In this document: in pieces, positions 59,528 through 64,000 of the stretch
How the letters are laid out: every line of letters starts with the position of its first letter
Numbering within the stretch: position 1 is the first letter of the stretch
Virus record (IMG/VR): IMGVR_UViG_3300009130_001605
Coordinates: 11,939-75,938 of that record
Length of the DNA: 64,000 nucleotides
Source: a virus
Direction: 5' to 3' (one strand)
The notes under the pieces: generated by a model
Database searches by the model: none
The model's input: the letters and a program-made list of their open reading frames with translations, nothing else
Told to the model about the DNA's origin: nothing
Translations under genes and position numbers: made by a program

Positions 59528-62500
59528 ATGTCAATTAATTTAAATGATAATATAAAAATAAATGCAGGAAAACCTTCTGAGTCTAAATACTTAAATGGTG
59601 TTGTTAATTACACCTCTGTATCAGAAGCAAATTCTCTTGTACCAAAAGCGGAAAGGCATTTAGGACTTACAGTATTATTAGATGGCGTGGAATACTGGTG
59701 GAAATCAGGAGTGGAAGACGTAGATCTGATTACTAAAACAAGTGAAAGCGATGGGAGTTTTTCTGATTTTAAAGTAATTACAACAGCAGACACTTTGGGT
59801 AGCCTTGGTTATATCTCATTAGATGACGGAAGTCCATTTGCATATGTAGTTGGTGTTAGTGATTATGGCTCACCTTCTGTTTATTATGGTCTTTCGGCAG
59901 GTACTTTCAACCTTTATGATAACGGTGGTAATACTGGTATTGGTACATTTGTTTTATCTGGATTAAGAGAAGGTTCCTCAAATATAAGTGGTAGCTCTTT
60001 AAGTGGTGGTTTTGGTCACACTGCCATTGGTCAAAACGCACTATCAAACATTGAAGGTGGTATTTATGATACTGCTGTTGGTTTTAATGCAATGGGTAAC
60101 AGCTCAAGAACTAATTTTCAAGGGGGAAACGTTGCGGTTGGTAAAGATGCTGGTTCTAACATGGGAGATGTAAGTAATAATGTTGCAATAGGTATTTCAA
60201 CGTTGCAAAATATTTCAGCTGGTACTCAAGACGGAGACTTCAATGTTGCATTAGGGTGGAGAGCCCTTAGGGAAACAAAAAATGGAGAACAAAATTTAGC
60301 AATAGGTTCTTCTGCAATGAGGTATTCTAATAACGTAGGAGGTAATATTGCCATTGGTACATTAGCATTACTTAATTATTCTGGATCAGGAATAGATAAT
60401 GTGTTTGATGGTAATGTGGCCGTTGGTCAATCGGCTGGTGAAAATTTGTCTGGTTTTGATAACATCTTGTTTGGGCAGCAATCAGGCTTTAATGCAGGTG
60501 GTGATCACAACATTTTTTTAGGAAGAAACTCAGGTAGAGATATTACATCACCAGACTCAACTATTTTAATTGGACCTTACACAGATTCGTCTAAATCTGA
60601 CATACATAACGCTGTAGGTATTGGTTCTGGTGTCACAGTTGCTCAAGATGACACTGTTGTTTTTAGGCCAAATGCAAGCATTGGTCTTGGTACAAATACG
60701 CCAGAGGCACAATTACATGTAACAGGAAGCATCCTTTCAAATCAGTCAATTTCAGCAGAGACAATTTTCTCTGGAGATACTGATGTTAGTGAATTATTTG
60801 CACTTAAAAACAGTTTCTCTCAATTTGAGATTGTTAGTGCAAGTACACAAGTTGGGGATCCAGGTCACATTTTGTTAGATGGTGTTCCAACTGCATATTT
60901 CATGGAAGGTACTTTCACAGAGGCATCAACTTATTTTGGTTATTCAGCAGGTTCTTTTGGTGATTCAAATTTTGGAGGAAACGTAGGGTTTGGTACTGAA
61001 GCTTTAGGAAACTCCAGTAGTTCAAATTCATATGCCAATACAGCTATAGGATCTTTCTCTATGGGAGATTATGACGGAACAAACTATCATAACACAGCCA
61101 TAGGATTTGAGTCTCTTAAGTCTATAAGTGCTGGGACTCATGATGCAGGGTATAATACCGCATTAGGTTCTAGAACATTCAGAGATTCAACAAATGCATT
61201 TGCTAGTTTAGCAATAGGTTACGAAGCCCTTAGGGACTCTGTTGAATCTTCTGGTAACATTGCCATAGGTTATCATGCTCTTAGGGGTGCTACTTTTACA
61301 CCTTATGGACCAGGATCTGTGCAAGCAGTGTTTGCAATTGGGTTAAACTCAGGTAGGGATTCTTTTGGTTCTAAAAACTTATTCATAGGATCTGAGACAG
61401 GTAGGGATAACTCAGGTGTTGACAATGTATTAATAGGTCATCAAGCAGGACACGCAATTGAAGCTGGCCTTGGTGAATTTCTAACTGGTTCTAGCATGGT
61501 AACAATGGTTGGTTCTGAATCATATTCTGACAAATCAGACGTTACAAACGCTGTTGCACTTGGATATAGATCAAGATTGGCACAAGACAACACATTTATT
61601 GTTGCAAACGGATTAGACGTTGGTATTGGAACTAGTACTCCAGAGGCAATGTTGCATGTAACTGGAAACGTATTGTCAGATCAGTCAATTTCAGCAGAGA
61701 CAATTTTCTCTGGAGATACTGATGTTAGTGACTTATTCTTATCAAGTAATGCAATCTTACCTTCTGCTGAATATCTTATTGTATCTTATGTAGATACAAT
61801 CGATGGCTCTGATGCTAATGGTTCGGTTGGAACTAGCAAAGCATTTCAAACTATTATATCTGCAACTTCACAATCAAACGAATACATAACCAATAGCGGT
61901 ATTGAAGGTGCTAAGGCATTAGTTGTTGTTAGGAGAGGTACATATTATGAGAACTCCATAAACAGAGAACATGTTGATATGTATTTTGACAGAGGTTCAG
62001 TTGTTATATCATCAGTTGCTGGAAGACCTGTATTTTGTGATTTCCTTAATGATAGTGGTGGTAATAAACATCCATTAAACATAACTGTAACTGGTAAAGG
62101 TAGCTTCTACCACACCAACTTCAGACCTTTTAATGACTCACAAGCCATAGCAACAAATAATGCCAATACGAAAGAATTTAATTTCGAGGCTTATGAAATC
62201 GATGGTTTCCAGAATTTCGGAAATAATCAGCAAACATTCAACTATTCAGATTTAAGAATAAGGTTCTTTATTGATTTTCATAACAATAAGAATATCAACA
62301 TGGTTAATTGCACGTTTTTAATGGGACTATCAACAGGCCATTATCTTGGTGATAATGTATCAGTTTCTTGTGATAAATGTGAAATGATATTGCCGTCAGA
62401 TGGTTATGATTCATTACTTGACATACAAGACTATTCAGGAGGAACTGTTGACACCATAACAATGGATGGGTTGTTTGCTCCTGTGAACACTTCTGCAATG

Positions 62501-63244
62501 ACTAGAATTGATATTAGGGATTATGTGCCTGCTGCTATTATAACAGAGCCTCAAATTGCAGCTATACATCATGTTACTGACAACACAGTTGGTGGTAGTT
62601 TCTACAACTTTAGATTGTCGATTACTAATTCAGTTGCTAGAATAAGAAAAGAAAGATGTATGGGTGTGAACGTTACTCAAAACATAGATGTTGATAATTC
62701 TGTTTCAGAGAGAGGCTATGTAATAATAAAAGATCTTCACATTGAAGATGAAACTGTTGGAAGAGACACAACGGGTATAGTTACAGGTAAGAAAAGTACA
62801 GTTACAGACAACCTTCAGTTAGGGTTGAATTATTATTTCACAAACACAAGCGTTGAAACAGATGTTGTACAAGCTGTTGGTCCTGAGGGGACTGACACTG
62901 GTATATCATACATTGATTTAACTAAAGCATATAGACCACTTACAGTAGGTGGTGAAGGAACTGAATTAACGAAACTTTATGGTGGTACTTCTTATACAGC
63001 TTCTACGCCTGGAGTGGTATCAATTAGTGCAGGAACAGCATTCGCTTTAAGTTTACCTAGCACACCTAGTGTAGGTGATAAATTTACCATTAAGGATTCT
63101 TCTGGAAGTGCAAGTACATACAATATAACAATAAATGTAGATGGTGGTTCTTATTTAATTGATGGTTCTTCGTCAGAAACTTTAACAGAAAACTACGAAT
63201 CATCAACTTATATATTTGATGGAGATATTTATATAAACATATAA
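59528..63244 (+). CDS. long tail fibre/adhesin: duplicated N.AIG beta-roll modules, a possible beta-helix region, and a gp9/gp10-like C-terminus
   Basis: N-terminus shared with 57073; NxA[IVL]G repeats; two IG.GT.TPEA.LHVTG; C-terminus shared with 57073. Confidence 0.8.
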   Translation: MSINLNDNIKINAGKPSESKYLNGVVNYTSVSEANSLVPKAERHLGLTVLLDGVEYWWKSGVEDVDLITKTSESDGSFSDFKVITTADTLGSLGYISLDDGSPFAYVVGVSDYGSPSVYYGLSAGTFNLYDNGGNTGIGTFVLSGLREGSSNISGSSLSGGFGHTAIGQNALSNIEGGIYDTAVGFNAMGNSSRTNFQGGNVAVGKDAGSNMGDVSNNVAIGISTLQNISAGTQDGDFNVALGWRALRETKNGEQNLAIGSSAMRYSNNVGGNIAIGTLALLNYSGSGIDNVFDGNVAVGQSAGENLSGFDNILFGQQSGFNAGGDHNIFLGRNSGRDITSPDSTILIGPYTDSSKSDIHNAVGIGSGVTVAQDDTVVFRPNASIGLGTNTPEAQLHVTGSILSNQSISAETIFSGDTDVSELFALKNSFSQFEIVSASTQVGDPGHILLDGVPTAYFMEGTFTEASTYFGYSAGSFGDSNFGGNVGFGTEALGNSSSSNSYANTAIGSFSMGDYDGTNYHNTAIGFESLKSISAGTHDAGYNTALGSRTFRDSTNAFASLAIGYEALRDSVESSGNIAIGYHALRGATFTPYGPGSVQAVFAIGLNSGRDSFGSKNLFIGSETGRDNSGVDNVLIGHQAGHAIEAGLGEFLTGSSMVTMVGSESYSDKSDVTNAVALGYRSRLAQDNTFIVANGLDVGIGTSTPEAMLHVTGNVLSDQSISAETIFSGDTDVSDLFLSSNAILPSAEYLIVSYVDTIDGSDANGSVGTSKAFQTIISATSQSNEYITNSGIEGAKALVVVRRGTYYENSINREHVDMYFDRGSVVISSVAGRPVFCDFLNDSGGNKHPLNITVTGKGSFYHTNFRPFNDSQAIATNNANTKEFNFEAYEIDGFQNFGNNQQTFNYSDLRIRFFIDFHNNKNINMVNCTFLMGLSTGHYLGDNVSVSCDKCEMILPSDGYDSLLDIQDYSGGTVDTITMDGLFAPVNTSAMTRIDIRDYVPAAIITEPQIAAIHHVTDNTVGGSFYNFRLSITNSVARIRKERCMGVNVTQNIDVDNSVSERGYVIIKDLHIEDETVGRDTTGIVTGKKSTVTDNLQLGLNYYFTNTSVETDVVQAVGPEGTDTGISYIDLTKAYRPLTVGGEGTELTKLYGGTSYTASTPGVVSISAGTAFALSLPSTPSVGDKFTIKDSSGSASTYNITINVDGGSYLIDGSSSETLTENYESSTYIFDGDIYINI
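60741..61731 (+). repeat. perfect 52-bp direct repeat (60741-60792 and 61680-61731)
   Basis: ATCAGTCAATTTCAGCAGAGACAATTTTCTCTGGAGATACTGATGTTAGTGA occurs twice, 939 bp apart and in frame. Confidence 0.9.
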
Positions 63245-63254
63245 CAAAAACAAA

Positions 63255-64000
63255 ATGGGATATAAACATTCAAAAAAATTAAATAAATTTTCAGGTTCCA
63301 CCCTTTATTCAGGATCAACAGACATAAGTGATTTATTTCTTCCAATAGGAACTCCTATTGGAGGAGATTCCCCATTCACAGATGGAACAGGGACAAGTGC
63401 AATAAAACCTGTGGACGGATATAATACATCTTCTGGGTATTACTCAATGGTTGCTGGTGGTAAAGGAAACACTGCATCAAGTTATCATTCACACGCAGAA
63501 GGGTATAACACAACTGCTTCTGGTAACTATGGATCTCACTCAGAAGGTTATTATACAACTGCAAATGGCGATTCATCTCATGCTGAAGGGTATTACACAA
63601 CTGCATCTGGACTCAACTCTCATGCTGAAGGGTCTAATACATTAGCATCTGGAATTGATTCTCATGCTGAAGGGACTCTTACAGTAGCAAGTGGAAATAG
63701 GTCTCATGCTGAAGGTAGAGAAACAGAAGCAAGTGGTAGATACTCACATGCAGAAGGAAAAAACACTAGGTCTTATGGTTGGTATTCTCACTCAGAGGGA
63801 AAAGATACATTGGCAGCAGGACAATTTTCTCATGCAGAAGGCGATAAAACAATAGCAGATGGAGTAGCTTCTCATGCAGGGGGTGAAAATTCTATATCTT
63901 CTGGACGAACTTCTTTCATTCACTCCGATTCTTCTGTTGTGGAAGATTATGGTTCATCTATAATTGGTGGATTTAGTAACAGACTTACAGCTGGTGCAAC
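63255..64000 (+). CDS. tail fibre with about 10 SHAEG repeats (runs off the window)
   Basis: Translated by hand: MGYKHSKKLNKFSGSTLYSGSTDISDLF...SHAEG repeats; no stop before the window end. Confidence 0.8.
   Translation, partial: MGYKHSKKLNKFSGSTLYSGSTDISDLFLPIGTPIGGDSPFTDGTGTSAIKPVDGYNTSSGYYSMVAGGKGNTASSYHSHAEGYNTTASGNYGSHSEGYYTTANGDSSHAEGYYTTASGLNSHAEGSNTLASGIDSHAEGTLTVASGNRSHAEGRETEASGRYSHAEGKNTRSYGWYSHSEGKDTLAAGQFSHAEGDKTIADGVASHAGGENSISSGRTSFIHSDSSVVEDYGSSIIGGFSNRLTAGA

Noticed and set aside
13426-63645. Numerous short antisense or alternate-frame ORFs in the track (e.g. 17449, 33494, 37784, 58657)
   Set aside because: They lie within well-supported genes and show no motifs; they are shadow ORFs.
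1-64000. Stop-codon reassignment (TAG or TGA), as in some Bacteroidota phages
   Set aside because: Code-11 ORFs are long and tile the window. TAG (5891, 9442, 42526) and TGA (34739, 40690, 51599) end genes at sensible positions.
55780-64000. Diversity-generating retroelement acting on the fibres
   Set aside because: No reverse transcriptase in the window. The 52-bp repeat is perfect and coding in both copies, and paralog differences are not adenine-specific.
1-64000. tRNA, rRNA, self-splicing introns, or a bacterial eCIS/T6SS locus instead of a phage
   Set aside because: Intergenic gaps are short and AT-rich with no cloverleaf seen. Primase, SbcCD, resolvase and endolysin genes, with no housekeeping genes, indicate a phage genome.

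Overview
AT-rich, gene-dense 64 kb fragment of a large (probably jumbo) contractile-tailed dsDNA phage using the standard genetic code. The host is inferred to be Bacteroidota, from TAnnTTTG -7 promoters, SD-less A-rich starts and an Hc1-like gene. 0-28.7 kb is a baseplate/tail module: gp5-like spike, gp25, gp6, gp7-like wedge, a SHAEG-repeat fibre and a paralogous adaptor array. 28.8-40.7 kb is DNA metabolism: RuvC-like resolvase, primase, fused SbcD-SbcC, Cas4-like nuclease, and a SNF2 helicase carrying a class-3 intein. 40.7-55.7 kb holds an endolysin, acidic L/I-x-E-rich putative head-internal proteins, two PcfJ proteins, a DotN-like HNH-fold protein and apparent pseudo-enzymes. 55.8-64 kb is a modular tail-fibre chain. 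The most notable signals are: (1) a [ST]-[GA]-x-T motif enriched across unrelated virion proteins, a candidate modification/glycosylation sequon; (2) a strict plug-and-socket domain order linking consecutive fibre genes; (3) a sense-strand TATTTAT(A/T) putative late promoter found about 16 times, which also marks the L/I-x-E proteins; (4) a Gln-initiated WCT intein with a damaged LAGLIDADG motif. All family calls come from motif recognition by eye; no database searches were run.
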